DNA of 44,760 bases, taken from assembly GCA_023257855.1 (NCBI GenBank), contig JALRBG010000321.1:1-44760 (forward strand), in the 5' to 3' direction. The translations under genes were made by a program, and so were the position numbers. Shown piece by piece: positions 34,246-43,151 of this stretch; positions within the stretch are counted from its first letter, which is position 1, and each line of letters opens with the position of its first letter. This stretch comes from Pseudomonadales bacterium. Lineage in GTDB: Bacteria; Pseudomonadota; Gammaproteobacteria; Pseudomonadales; Pseudohongiellaceae. The notes beneath the pieces were generated by a model. The model made no database searches. It was not told where the DNA came from and worked only from the letters and a program-made list of their open reading frames with translations.

Positions 34246-35508
34246 ATGAATCTCGCCATTCGGTCGAAGCTCTCGATCATGATGTTTTTGCAATTTTTCA
34301 TCTGGGGCTCATGGAATGTCACCATGGGTACCTACCTGCTCAATATCGGGTTTGACGGTATTTCGGTCGGCGCCTCCTATAGCACCATGAACTGGGGCGC
34401 CATCTTCGCTCCCGTCATCGTCGGCATGCTGGCCGACCGCTTCTTCCCGGCGCAAAAAGTCATGGCTATCCTGCACCTGATGGGCGCCGTCCTGCTCTAC
34501 TGGATCTCGACCATCAGTGAACCTACGGCATTTTTCTGGTCCCTGTTCGCCTATGCCCTTTGCTATATGCCCACACTAGCCCTAGCCAATTCGGTGTCTT
34601 TCAACCAGATGGACGATCCCGGCAAGCAGTTCCCGGGCATACGCGTCATGGGCACGCTCGGCTGGATCGCAGTAGGACTCATCATCGGCGTTTTTGTTCC
34701 CACCCTGACTGGCAGTTCCATCGAGGCGACCAACCTTCCGCTGCGGATCGGCTCCGTCAGTTCGCTGGTCATGGGACTGTACTGTTTCGCCCTGCCGGAC
34801 ACCCCTCCCAGCACCGTGGGCCGAAAACCTTCGGTTGCCGAATTACTGGGCCTAGAAACCATATCACTGATGAAAGACCGCTCCTTTGCCGTGTTCATCA
34901 TCGGCTCGCTGCTGATTTCCATACCGCTGACGTTCTATTACAACTTCGCCAACGCCTTCCTCAACGAAAGCGGCATGGAGAACGCTGCCGGCAAAATGAC
35001 CATGGGCCAGATGTCTGAGGTGATCTTCCTTGTACTGATTCCATTCTTTTTCGTACGCCTCGGTGTTAAGAAAATGCTGCTTATTGGCATGGCTGCCTGG
35101 GTCCTGCGTTACGTGATGTTCGCTTTTGGTAATAACGACACACTTGTCTTCATGCTGTATGTCGGCATCATTTTGCATGGCGTCTGTTTTGATTTCTTTT
35201 TCGTGACCGGACAGATCTATGTCGACAAATTCGCACCGGCTCACATTCGCTCCAGCGCACAGGGATTTATTCACGTTGCCACCTACGGGGTCGGCATGGT
35301 GATCGGCTCTTGGGCCTCCGGGGCCATCGTCGACAGTTATGTCGTTGCCGGCAACTTGCATGACTGGAGCACCATCTGGTTAATACCGGCCGGCATGGCT
35401 TTCATGGTCATGCTTGGCTTCATGTTTTTTTTCAGGGAGCCCAACAGCGTACCTGCCGGACAAACCGAAACCACCACCATGGGAGATAGCTATGATACGC
35501 CGCATTAA
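34246..35508 (+). CDS. MFS transporter of the nucleoside:H+ symporter (NupG/XapB/YegT) family
   Basis: 420 aa. The N-terminus LSIMMFLQFFIWGSWNVTMGTYL...GAIFAPVIVGMLADRFF closely parallels the NupG N-terminus. About 12 hydrophobic segments. Confidence 0.85.
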   Translation: MNLAIRSKLSIMMFLQFFIWGSWNVTMGTYLLNIGFDGISVGASYSTMNWGAIFAPVIVGMLADRFFPAQKVMAILHLMGAVLLYWISTISEPTAFFWSLFAYALCYMPTLALANSVSFNQMDDPGKQFPGIRVMGTLGWIAVGLIIGVFVPTLTGSSIEATNLPLRIGSVSSLVMGLYCFALPDTPPSTVGRKPSVAELLGLETISLMKDRSFAVFIIGSLLISIPLTFYYNFANAFLNESGMENAAGKMTMGQMSEVIFLVLIPFFFVRLGVKKMLLIGMAAWVLRYVMFAFGNNDTLVFMLYVGIILHGVCFDFFFVTGQIYVDKFAPAHIRSSAQGFIHVATYGVGMVIGSWASGAIVDSYVVAGNLHDWSTIWLIPAGMAFMVMLGFMFFFREPNSVPAGQTETTTMGDSYDTPH

Positions 35509-36031
35509 ATCCATCCTGCCGGTCCTGCTAACACTCGTTTTGTACACTGCATCCGCGCAGGCGCAAAACATGAACCACGACATGAATCACGACATGGCGG
35601 AGCACATGGCCATGCTGCAGCGCATTGCGGACCGCGAGGAAATCGAGCATCTGATGTGGCGCTACACGCGCGCGCTGGATTCCTTCGATCCCGACGCCTA
35701 CGTCGCCGTTTTCACCGAGGACGGCGCTTTTGGCAACATCAAGGGACGGGATGCCCTGTACAAGATGATTGCCGACCTGCGCGATTCCCGCGCGAAACAG
35801 GCCGCCGAGGGTAACCCGCCGGCGCCGATGTACCATGCCACGGAAAATTACTGGACGGAATTCGTCAGCGAGAATCATGCCCGCCATCATGCCTACTGGG
35901 TGACCTACTTCGGCGCCAATGGTGCGGACTCCCCCGCCCGCATGGTTTCCGTCGGCCGCAGTGTCGATGACCTGGTCCGCGTCAACGGGGAGTGGCGCAT
36001 CCACCTGCGCAACATCGCACCACAAGACTGA
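35492..36031 (+). CDS. secreted SnoaL_4/NTF2-like protein
   Basis: Start at 35492 (MIRRIKSILPVLLTLVLYTASAQA, RBS GGGAGA), overlapping the MFS gene by 17 nt. Contains REEIEHLMWRYTRALDSFDPDAYVAVFTEDGAF. A His/Met-rich stretch, NMNHDMNHDMAEHMAM, follows the signal peptide. Confidence 0.7.
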   Translation: MIRRIKSILPVLLTLVLYTASAQAQNMNHDMNHDMAEHMAMLQRIADREEIEHLMWRYTRALDSFDPDAYVAVFTEDGAFGNIKGRDALYKMIADLRDSRAKQAAEGNPPAPMYHATENYWTEFVSENHARHHAYWVTYFGANGADSPARMVSVGRSVDDLVRVNGEWRIHLRNIAPQD

Positions 36032-36055
36032 AACCACCGATATCTTTCCACCAAC

Positions 36056-36083
36056 GGCCCGCTGGATTGCGGGCCCGCGTTTT
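36056..36083 (+). terminator. rho-independent terminator after the MFS-SnoaL pair
   Basis: GGCCCGC-TGGATT-GCGGGCC followed by CGCGTTTTAT. Confidence 0.6.
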
Positions 36084-36099
36084 ATCGCGATGATCGCGC

Positions 36100-36440
36100 T
36101 ACCTGTCGACACCCTTTCATACACACAAAACAAATCCTCAAAGTATTATGTGACGCGGTTCACATTTTGTTCCGGGGACCCGGATTGCCTCTAGGGTAAA
36201 TCCCCAGCAGTACTTTGTTTTCCGCGTCATTGCTTTGATTAAACACACGATTAAAGTACATTAATGTGGCATCTGCTTCTGGTGAAATATCATTTTGATA
36301 TCGAACTAAGTAGCAAGACTTTGAAACCAGTGTAATTTTTCCCGGGTGTTCCATAATTATCCGATGTTTTGAAAATATCATTCTAATTACAGCATTAGGC
36401 ACGCAGGGAACAGGGAGTGAGCGGCGGTGACGGAACATGA
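36100..36440. other. AT-rich non-coding-looking island
   Basis: Visibly lower in GC than everything around it. No convincing intact gene. The only ORF (minus strand) has a weak RelE/ParE-like C-terminal pattern. Confidence 0.5.
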
Positions 36441-36544
36441 TAACAGCAGCAATACCGCCGGCATCTGCCAGCCAAGGCCAAACTGTCCGTAGATTAGCTA
36501 GAAGAGCGCTTCGCTGCGGGACGTCCCTGATAGGTTGTAAAAAT

Positions 36545-37588
36545 TTAGTCGAGCCCGAGGATTTTGAGGTTGCCTTCGGCATCAACGCCGGAGGCGGCGA
36601 AATCGTCGAAGGCTCTGTCCGTCACTCGGATCATATGCTCCCTGATGAAAGGCGCCCCTTCCCGTGCGCCATCCTCGGGATGCTTCAGGCAGCATTCCCA
36701 CTCCAGCACAGCCCAGCCATCGTACCCGTAGCTGGCGAACTTGCTGAATACCTGGCGGAAATCGATCTGTCCGTCTCCCAGTGAACGGAAACGTCCCGGC
36801 CGCTCGACCCAGTCCTGGTAGCCGCCATAGACTCCCGACCGGCCGTTCGGCCGGAACTCCGCATCCTTCACGTGGAAGGCCCTGATGCGGTCATGGTACA
36901 GGTCTATGAACTGCAGGTAGTCCAGTTGCTGCAGCATGAAGTGGCTAGGGTCGTAGAGAATATTGGCAGCGGCATGCCCGTCAACCGCATCCAGAAAACG
37001 TTCGAACGTGGCTCCGTCATGCAGATCCTCACCCGGGTGGATTTCGTAGCAACACGCGACACCGTTGTCGGCAAAGGCATCAAGCACCGGGCGCCAGCGC
37101 CTCGCGAGTTCCGCGAAGCCCGCTTCCACCAGTCCGGCAGGACGCTGCGGCCATGGATACATCGTGTGCCATAACAGCGCACCGGAAAACGTGGCATGGG
37201 CCGACAGGCCAAGCCGCTTGCTGGCCTTGGCCGCGGCAATGAGTTGCCCGGTCGCCCATTCCGGCCAGGCTTTCGGGTTGTCGCGTACTTCCGGTGCCAC
37301 GAATCCGGCAAACATCTGCTCGTAGGCCGGATGCACCGCAAGCAGCTGGCCCTGCAGGTGCGTGGACAACTCGGTGATCTGTATGCCGTGCCGCCCGACC
37401 TTGCCTGTAACCTCGTCACAGTAATCCTGGCTGTCGGCTGCAATGGTCAGGTCGAACAGGGCCGGGTCCGTAGGTACCTGGATGCCGACATAACCGAGGT
37501 CGGCAGCCCACTTCGCCATGTGCTCCAGGGAATCGAACGGTGGTTCAGTGCCTGCAAACTGCGCCAGGAAAATTGCCGGTCCCTTCAT
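36545..37588 (-). CDS. xylose-isomerase-like TIM-barrel protein (sugar phosphate isomerase/epimerase family), cytoplasmic
   Basis: 347 aa with family blocks CYEIHPGE, AFHVKDAE and WAVLEWE. No signal peptide. Confidence 0.8.
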   Translation of the reverse strand: MKGPAIFLAQFAGTEPPFDSLEHMAKWAADLGYVGIQVPTDPALFDLTIAADSQDYCDEVTGKVGRHGIQITELSTHLQGQLLAVHPAYEQMFAGFVAPEVRDNPKAWPEWATGQLIAAAKASKRLGLSAHATFSGALLWHTMYPWPQRPAGLVEAGFAELARRWRPVLDAFADNGVACCYEIHPGEDLHDGATFERFLDAVDGHAAANILYDPSHFMLQQLDYLQFIDLYHDRIRAFHVKDAEFRPNGRSGVYGGYQDWVERPGRFRSLGDGQIDFRQVFSKFASYGYDGWAVLEWECCLKHPEDGAREGAPFIREHMIRVTDRAFDDFAASGVDAEGNLKILGLD

Positions 37589-37627
37589 CTTGTTACCTCG
37601 GGTTGCTTGCTGCGGTTTGTGAATCGG

Positions 37628-38776
37628 TCAATGTTTGGGCATGTCCAGCCAACGACACCCTTTTGTCGAGGATGCTACCGTGGTTTCGATGAACGCCATG
37701 CCGCGCAGGGCTTCCTGGATTCCCGGGATGGTCCTGTCTATGACTTCGCCGTCGCGAAAGGCCATGATCTCTTCGGCAAAGGTGCGGTACAGGTTGGCAA
37801 AGGCCTCGATATACCCTTCCGGATGGCCGGGAGGAATGCGCGTATTGGCTGCCGCTCCGGGTCCGGTGGCAGGCGTACCGGTGCGGATCATCTGCGCAGG
37901 TTCAATGTTGGATTTCAGCCATAACGTGTTGGGATCCATCTGCTGCCAGTCCAGGCTCGCCTTGTCACCGTAAATGCGCAGGCGCAGGTTGTTTTCGTCA
38001 CCGACACAGACCTGGCTGGCCACCAGCGTGCCGCGGGCACCGTTGTCGAAATGCATCAGCACCGTGCCGTCGTCATCCAGCTGGCGACCATCGACGATGG
38101 CATTCAGCTCCGCCGCGAGCCTGGTCACCGAGAGGCCGGAAACGAACTCTGCCAGGTTGAAGGCATGGACGCCGATATCCCCCATGCAGCAGCTGATACC
38201 GGCTTTTGCCGGGTCCAGTCGCCAGGCAGCTTGTGCATTGCCGCGATCTTCCTCGCGTCCGGCGAGCCAGCCCTGCGTGTATTCCACCAGGATTTTTCGC
38301 ACCGTGCCGAGCTGGCCAGCTGCAACCCGCTCGCGTGCTTCACGGATCATCGGGTAGCCGTTGTAGGTGTGGGTGAGTCCATACAGGAGGTTGGAATCTT
38401 CCAGCAGCCAGGACAGGTGCTCGCATTCTTTCAGCGTGGCTGTTGCCGGTTTGTCCGACAGGACATGGAAGCCATGCTTGAGTGCGGTGGCGGCGATGTC
38501 GTAATGGGTGTGGTTGGGAGTGACGATGACGACGCATTCCATGCGCTTCTCCAGCGGCAGGGAAGCCTCGATCTCGCACATGGTGAAGTAATCGGCATAA
38601 CAGCGGTGTTCATCCAGGCCCAGGGCCTTGCCCGAGTCCATGGAGCGGGCTTCGTTGCTGGAGAATGCGCCGCACACCAGCTCGAAACTGTCATCCAGGC
38701 GGGCGGCCATGCGATGCACTTCACCGATGAAGGCTCCCTCCCCGCCGCCGACCATGCCATAACGTACTTTGTTCAT
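37628..38776 (-). CDS. Gfo/Idh/MocA family NAD(P)-dependent oxidoreductase
   Basis: Start moved to 38776 (MNKVRYGMVGGGEGAFIG..., Rossmann GxGxxG-like). VIVTPNHTHYDIA and SDKPAT are family motifs. The start lies 8 nt after the PQQ gene stop. Confidence 0.85.
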   Translation of the reverse strand: MNKVRYGMVGGGEGAFIGEVHRMAARLDDSFELVCGAFSSNEARSMDSGKALGLDEHRCYADYFTMCEIEASLPLEKRMECVVIVTPNHTHYDIAATALKHGFHVLSDKPATATLKECEHLSWLLEDSNLLYGLTHTYNGYPMIREARERVAAGQLGTVRKILVEYTQGWLAGREEDRGNAQAAWRLDPAKAGISCCMGDIGVHAFNLAEFVSGLSVTRLAAELNAIVDGRQLDDDGTVLMHFDNGARGTLVASQVCVGDENNLRLRIYGDKASLDWQQMDPNTLWLKSNIEPAQMIRTGTPATGPGAAANTRIPPGHPEGYIEAFANLYRTFAEEIMAFRDGEVIDRTIPGIQEALRGMAFIETTVASSTKGCRWLDMPKH

Positions 38777-38784
38777 ATCATCCT

Positions 38785-40425
38785 TTAATACATTACGAAG
38801 GCGAACAGGGTATCCCGGACTGCCGCCAGCAGGTACTGCCTGCCGTCGATCAGGTAAGTCTGGGGACCGTTGGAAATATTGCCGATGCGGCTGTGCCACA
38901 GCAGGTCGCCATTCTCGCCGTCAAAGGCCACGAGGTTGCCGCTGCCGTCGCCGGTGAAGACGAGACCTGTCGCCGTCGTGAGCACACCGGCGCCGACGGG
39001 GGCGCCGCCCGGCCATTCGTGCCGCCACACGGCTTCACCGGTGCGGTAATCCAGGGCATTGAAGGCATTGCCGTCGGTGCCGACGATGGCGACCCGCTTG
39101 CCACCGAGGCCCATGGAGCCGCGCGGATCCGGGTCCGTGAGATAGACGATATTGAAGCCGTTGTTTTCGTGGGTATAGAACAAGCCGAAATCCGGATTGA
39201 AGGCCGGTGGCTGCCAGTTGGCCACACCGCCTTCTATCGGCGACACCAGAGCGCCGGGAATAATGGCTTCCTTCTGCGGGTTGGGAATCGGCGAGCCATC
39301 CTCGCGAACACCCAAGTCCCAGTTGGATTTGGTGCCGTATTTTTTCGTTGCCACCGATTCGCCAGTGATGCGATCGACGGTAAAGAAATAACCGTTGCGC
39401 GCTGCCGTGGAGACCAGCTTGCGCGGCTGCCCGTCGATCTCGCCATCGATGAGGATCGGCGTCTGGGCAGAATCCCAGTCGTGCGTGTCATGGGGTGAGG
39501 TCTGGTGATACCAGGCCATCTCGCCGGTATCGACGTTCACCGCCATCAGTGTGCAGGTAAACAGGTTGTCACCGGGGCGGGCCACACCGGTATAACCGGG
39601 AGTCGGATTGCCGGTGCCGAAAATGTAGTAGCGGGTTTCCGGATCGAACACGCCGGGCACCCACACCTGGCCGCCGCCGTTGCGGGCCGCATCGAGATTG
39701 GGCCAGGTATCCAGTCCGGGATCGCCGGGATTTTGCGGCACAGTAAAGAATTTCCATTGCAACTCGCCGGTGGCCGGATCGAAGGACTGCAGGAACCCGG
39801 GACTGTCGAGGTCGTTGCCGGTACCCACCAGCAGGTGGTCATCCACCACGATGGGCGCCATGGTGGAGAAGTATTGCTGCTCTAGGGGCGCGATCTGCAC
39901 ATGCCAGTTTTCTTCCCCGGTATGGATGTCCAGGGATACGAGATAGTTGTCCGGCGTCTCGAAAAACAGCGCGTCGTTCCAGATGGCCGGGCCGCGGTTG
40001 CCGATATGGATGCCGCCGCGGGAATGCCAGAAGTAATGCCACAATTCGGTACCGTCGCGGGCGTCCATGGCCCAGACATGGTCAGGGGAAGTGACGTAAA
40101 GAATGCCGTTCACCATCAGGAAGCTGCCTTTCAGGTTGGCGCCGGGCGGCAGGTAGTTGCCATCGCCCTCCCCGCCCTGCACGGTGACGATATTGCCCTG
40201 CGTGCGGACATTGGTGTTCATGCGCACGGTCCAGGCCAGGGTCAGGTGCTGGACATTGTCCTTCGTTACCTGAGTGAGCCGGCTGTAGCGCTGGCCGGTG
40301 TAATCACCGGAATAGGTCGGCCACTCCTCCGCCAGCGGGAAATACAGGTCGGCAGGTTCCACACCCTGTGCCGAACCGATGGCGGGAATGCCCACGAGCA
40401 CTGACAGTAACAACAGATTCTTCAT
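38785..40425 (-). CDS. PQQ-dependent dehydrogenase-like beta-propeller protein (no fused haem domain, no vicinal Cys pair)
   Basis: Start set at 40425 (MKNLLLLSVLVGIPAIGSAQG, AGGAG 7 nt upstream). Contains WPTYSGDYTGQRYSRLTQVTKDNVQHLTLAW and repeated W-motif blades. Confidence 0.78.
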   Translation of the reverse strand: MKNLLLLSVLVGIPAIGSAQGVEPADLYFPLAEEWPTYSGDYTGQRYSRLTQVTKDNVQHLTLAWTVRMNTNVRTQGNIVTVQGGEGDGNYLPPGANLKGSFLMVNGILYVTSPDHVWAMDARDGTELWHYFWHSRGGIHIGNRGPAIWNDALFFETPDNYLVSLDIHTGEENWHVQIAPLEQQYFSTMAPIVVDDHLLVGTGNDLDSPGFLQSFDPATGELQWKFFTVPQNPGDPGLDTWPNLDAARNGGGQVWVPGVFDPETRYYIFGTGNPTPGYTGVARPGDNLFTCTLMAVNVDTGEMAWYHQTSPHDTHDWDSAQTPILIDGEIDGQPRKLVSTAARNGYFFTVDRITGESVATKKYGTKSNWDLGVREDGSPIPNPQKEAIIPGALVSPIEGGVANWQPPAFNPDFGLFYTHENNGFNIVYLTDPDPRGSMGLGGKRVAIVGTDGNAFNALDYRTGEAVWRHEWPGGAPVGAGVLTTATGLVFTGDGSGNLVAFDGENGDLLWHSRIGNISNGPQTYLIDGRQYLLAAVRDTLFAFVMY

Positions 40426-40439
40426 GTGATTGCTCCTGC

Positions 40440-41384
40440 TCATTCCAGTGTCATCAGGTAGGCGGTGACGTCATGCATGATCTCGTTGGTCAGAACCGAC
40501 AGCAGGTCACGATGCGCCTGCAGCGGATCAGCGATGACCACGCCGGTCACCCGTGGATCGGTATTCTCATGTAGGGTGAAGCTGCGATACTGCCCTGCGT
40601 CGGTTGTCAGGCTGACGATGAAGTCGTCGCGCCGGTTCAGGCGGCCGGACACTGACTGGCCATTGCTTAAGGTGACTGTAGCGCGGACTTCGCGGCGGGA
40701 CGTATCGGCATTGGGATCTGGCGCGCCCCAGCGGCGACCTGCCACCCAGGAGTTCTGCAGGTTTTCCGGGTTGCCGATCCTGGCAGCGATGTCAGCAAGG
40801 TCGCCGGCCACCGAGTGGCAACTGGAGCATTGCGCATTGAAAAATATCTCACCGGCGGCGGCATCGCCGACAACGATATTGAGCTCCACTGTCTCGCCCG
40901 GCGGCGGACCACCCTGCCCGGACTGGCGCGCCCACACGCTGTGGATGTATTCCGCCACGGCGACACTGTCCTGCACCGACACCTGCAGCGGTGGCATTTC
41001 CGGCATGCCTGGCGTGCTGCGTCCGTTCTGGATGATCTCGCCGATCAGTTCACCGTGCTGGTCGTTGAGGACGATCTGCGAGCGCAAAAGGTTGGGGCCG
41101 CCCTGATCGCCGCCACGCATGTCGGCACCGTGACAAGCCCTGCACAAGCCTTCATAAATCGTTTCGCCGCGCGCCAGCACTTCCGGCGCTGCCAGTTCAC
41201 GCACCTGGGACGGAAAGATGGCAAAGGGTATGGCCTGGGGCGAAGAACTTTCCGGCGCTGCCGGCGCAGTAATTGCGGCGGGTGATGTGTCCGTGGCGTC
41301 ACTCGCAACCTGTTCCTGCTGGCCACAGGCAGCCAGTCCAAGTGACAGGCACAACACGCAGGAAACTCGTGGAATTAATGGCAT
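40440..41384 (-). CDS. dihaem c-type cytochrome, predicted lipoprotein
   Basis: Start moved to 41384 (MPLIPRVSCVLCLSLGLAAC, lipobox LAAC, RBS GGAG). Two CXXCH motifs (CRACHG, CSSCHS). Confidence 0.8.
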   Translation of the reverse strand: MPLIPRVSCVLCLSLGLAACGQQEQVASDATDTSPAAITAPAAPESSSPQAIPFAIFPSQVRELAAPEVLARGETIYEGLCRACHGADMRGGDQGGPNLLRSQIVLNDQHGELIGEIIQNGRSTPGMPEMPPLQVSVQDSVAVAEYIHSVWARQSGQGGPPPGETVELNIVVGDAAAGEIFFNAQCSSCHSVAGDLADIAARIGNPENLQNSWVAGRRWGAPDPNADTSRREVRATVTLSNGQSVSGRLNRRDDFIVSLTTDAGQYRSFTLHENTDPRVTGVVIADPLQAHRDLLSVLTNEIMHDVTAYLMTLE

Positions 41385-41554
41385 GGATACTCCGGCTTTT
41401 ATTATTTTTGGCCACTGCGGTATCAGAGCAATGAAGGTACAAGCATAGGAAAAACGGCTGGAAATTGACAGCCATATTGCGTGCATTTGCCACGGCGATG
41501 ACAGCGGCATCGTTTTTGGGTAGCCTGTGCCGATCAACCCTGGGGAGTATGACC

Positions 41555-42340
41555 ATGGCCCTCACCCGCCGCACACTGACAAAATCCCTTGCCGCCTCCG
41601 CCATCCTGCCGGCCGGCATCACGCTGGCCCAGGCAAAACCGCGTCTCGGCATGATCTTCCCCGTTATCGACCGCGATGTACCCGAAGAGGCCATCCGCAT
41701 GTATGGCGACCGCATCGAGTACGTGGTAGAAAACCTCGACCTGCAAACCATGACACCCGACGGCTACGACGCCGTCATCGGCGACATACCGGCTCTGGCA
41801 CAGAAACTGGTTGAACAGGATGTAGATGCCATCATGGTCATGGGCACGTCGCTGACCTTCTACCAGGGCCGCGAATTCAATGAACGCCTGACAAGCACCA
41901 TTGCCGATTCCACCGGTCTGCCGACGTCCACCATGAGCAACGGCATCATCAACGGCCTGAACGCCGTCGGCGGCAGGAACATTGCCTGCGCCACCGCCTA
42001 CAATGACGTGGTCAACGACAGGCTGGTGCGCTTCCTGACCCAGCATGGTTTCAACGTCACCAATATCGAAGGCCTGGGTATAGAAGCGGTTGGCGATATT
42101 TTTTCGGTCACCCAGCCGCAGCTGATCGATTTCTGCAGCAGTGTCGGCGGCGCCGCCGCGGAAGCGGATGCGATCCTCATCAGTTGCGGTGGCCTGATTA
42201 CGCTCGACGTGCTGGAGCCGGTGGAAAACCGGACCGGCAGGCCCGCTATTTCCAGTACTCCGCATGCGCTTTATGAAGGCGCCAGGCTATTGGGCATCGA
42301 TGCCCGGGTGCCGGGTTACGGCAGGCTGCTCTCAATCTAG
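41555..42340 (+). CDS. Tat-exported Asp/Glu-racemase-superfamily protein (maleate isomerase / arylmalonate decarboxylase-like)
   Basis: Start at 41555 (MALTRRTLTKSLAASAILPAGITLAQA, GGGGAG 7 nt upstream). The body has LGMIFPV..., DAIMVMGTSLTF, IACATAYND and ILISCGGLITLDV blocks typical of this fold. Confidence 0.6.
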   Translation: MALTRRTLTKSLAASAILPAGITLAQAKPRLGMIFPVIDRDVPEEAIRMYGDRIEYVVENLDLQTMTPDGYDAVIGDIPALAQKLVEQDVDAIMVMGTSLTFYQGREFNERLTSTIADSTGLPTSTMSNGIINGLNAVGGRNIACATAYNDVVNDRLVRFLTQHGFNVTNIEGLGIEAVGDIFSVTQPQLIDFCSSVGGAAAEADAILISCGGLITLDVLEPVENRTGRPAISSTPHALYEGARLLGIDARVPGYGRLLSI

Positions 42341-42359
42341 GACTCCAGCCTGAGACTCC

Positions 42360-43151
42360 TCAGTCCCCTGGACCGACAATGTGCTCCAGGTCGAGGTTGT
42401 TGTCCTGGCAGAAATATTCCGCCATCGGGAAGGTAGACCAGGGGACGTCCCAGCTGGCCGTCCACGGCCGCGTATAGGCGCCGGGGTCGTCGATGGTCAC
42501 CTCGTAATGCAGGGTATCGTGATCCGGTCGTGAAATTCTTTCCACCAGGTGCAGCTGTTCTGTGTGCGGCATCCCGGTCGGGCGGCGCGCAAACCAGAAA
42601 CGCTCGTTAAAGCCCACACTGTCCACGACCAGCGTATCCCCTTCCCAGTGCCCGACCGAGTGACCGAAGAACGTCGGTGTATAGGTAGCCAGGTCCGGGT
42701 GTTCACGGCCGTCCATCCAGATTTCGCGCCAGCTGCGGTTGGCGCCGCCGGACATCACCAATATCCGGTCCAGACCCTTGTCGTGCACGATCTCCAGACC
42801 CCACGGGGTGTGGAACTGGCGCGGGCCGCCCGGCGGCATGCAGCGCGGGTGCGGGTCGTCCCGTCCCAGCGTGGCAAGGCGCTCCTTGACCAGCTGCAGG
42901 GCCCAGGGCTGGAACGGGGCCACCTTGTCGATCTCCTCCGGGTGCACCAGGAAAGCGCCTTCCATCTCGACAAAGTTTTCCGACAGGTTGCCGACGCCGC
43001 TGTTCCAGTGACCGATCTCCCCACGAGCCGCACCCAGGTTCACGGTGCCGTCGTCAAAGCGTGGTGCCGGCTGCTGTGCCAGCACAGGAAAAGTCGTAAC
43101 TGCCAGCAGGCAAGTGGCCAGGTATTTCTTGGTATATGTAAATTCAGTCAC
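42360..43151 (-). CDS. L-family secreted protein, copy L3
   Basis: There is no in-frame ATG before the signal peptide. GTG at 43151 (VTEFTYTKKYLATCLLAVTTFPVLAQQ) overlaps the S3 3' end by 8 nt, with GAGGAAAG upstream. Contains HPRCMPPG, REIWMDGREHP, GHSVGHWEGDTLVVD, DDPGAYTRPW and YFCQDN. Confidence 0.75.
   Translation of the reverse strand: MTEFTYTKKYLATCLLAVTTFPVLAQQPAPRFDDGTVNLGAARGEIGHWNSGVGNLSENFVEMEGAFLVHPEEIDKVAPFQPWALQLVKERLATLGRDDPHPRCMPPGGPRQFHTPWGLEIVHDKGLDRILVMSGGANRSWREIWMDGREHPDLATYTPTFFGHSVGHWEGDTLVVDSVGFNERFWFARRPTGMPHTEQLHLVERISRPDHDTLHYEVTIDDPGAYTRPWTASWDVPWSTFPMAEYFCQDNNLDLEHIVGPGD

Noticed and set aside
36160-36585. 141-aa minus ORF taken as an intact gene.
   Set aside because: Its N-terminus overlaps the 3' end of the TIM-barrel gene. 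The sequence crosses a sharp GC boundary and there is no RBS. I keep only a weak ParE-like remnant hypothesis.
41476-41492. Sigma-54-like element TGGCAAATGCACGCAAT on the minus strand upstream of the cytochrome c / PQQ operon.
   Set aside because: The GG-to-GC spacing is one nucleotide shorter than the strict -24/-12 consensus (TGGCAC-N5-TTGC). It is probably a chance match.
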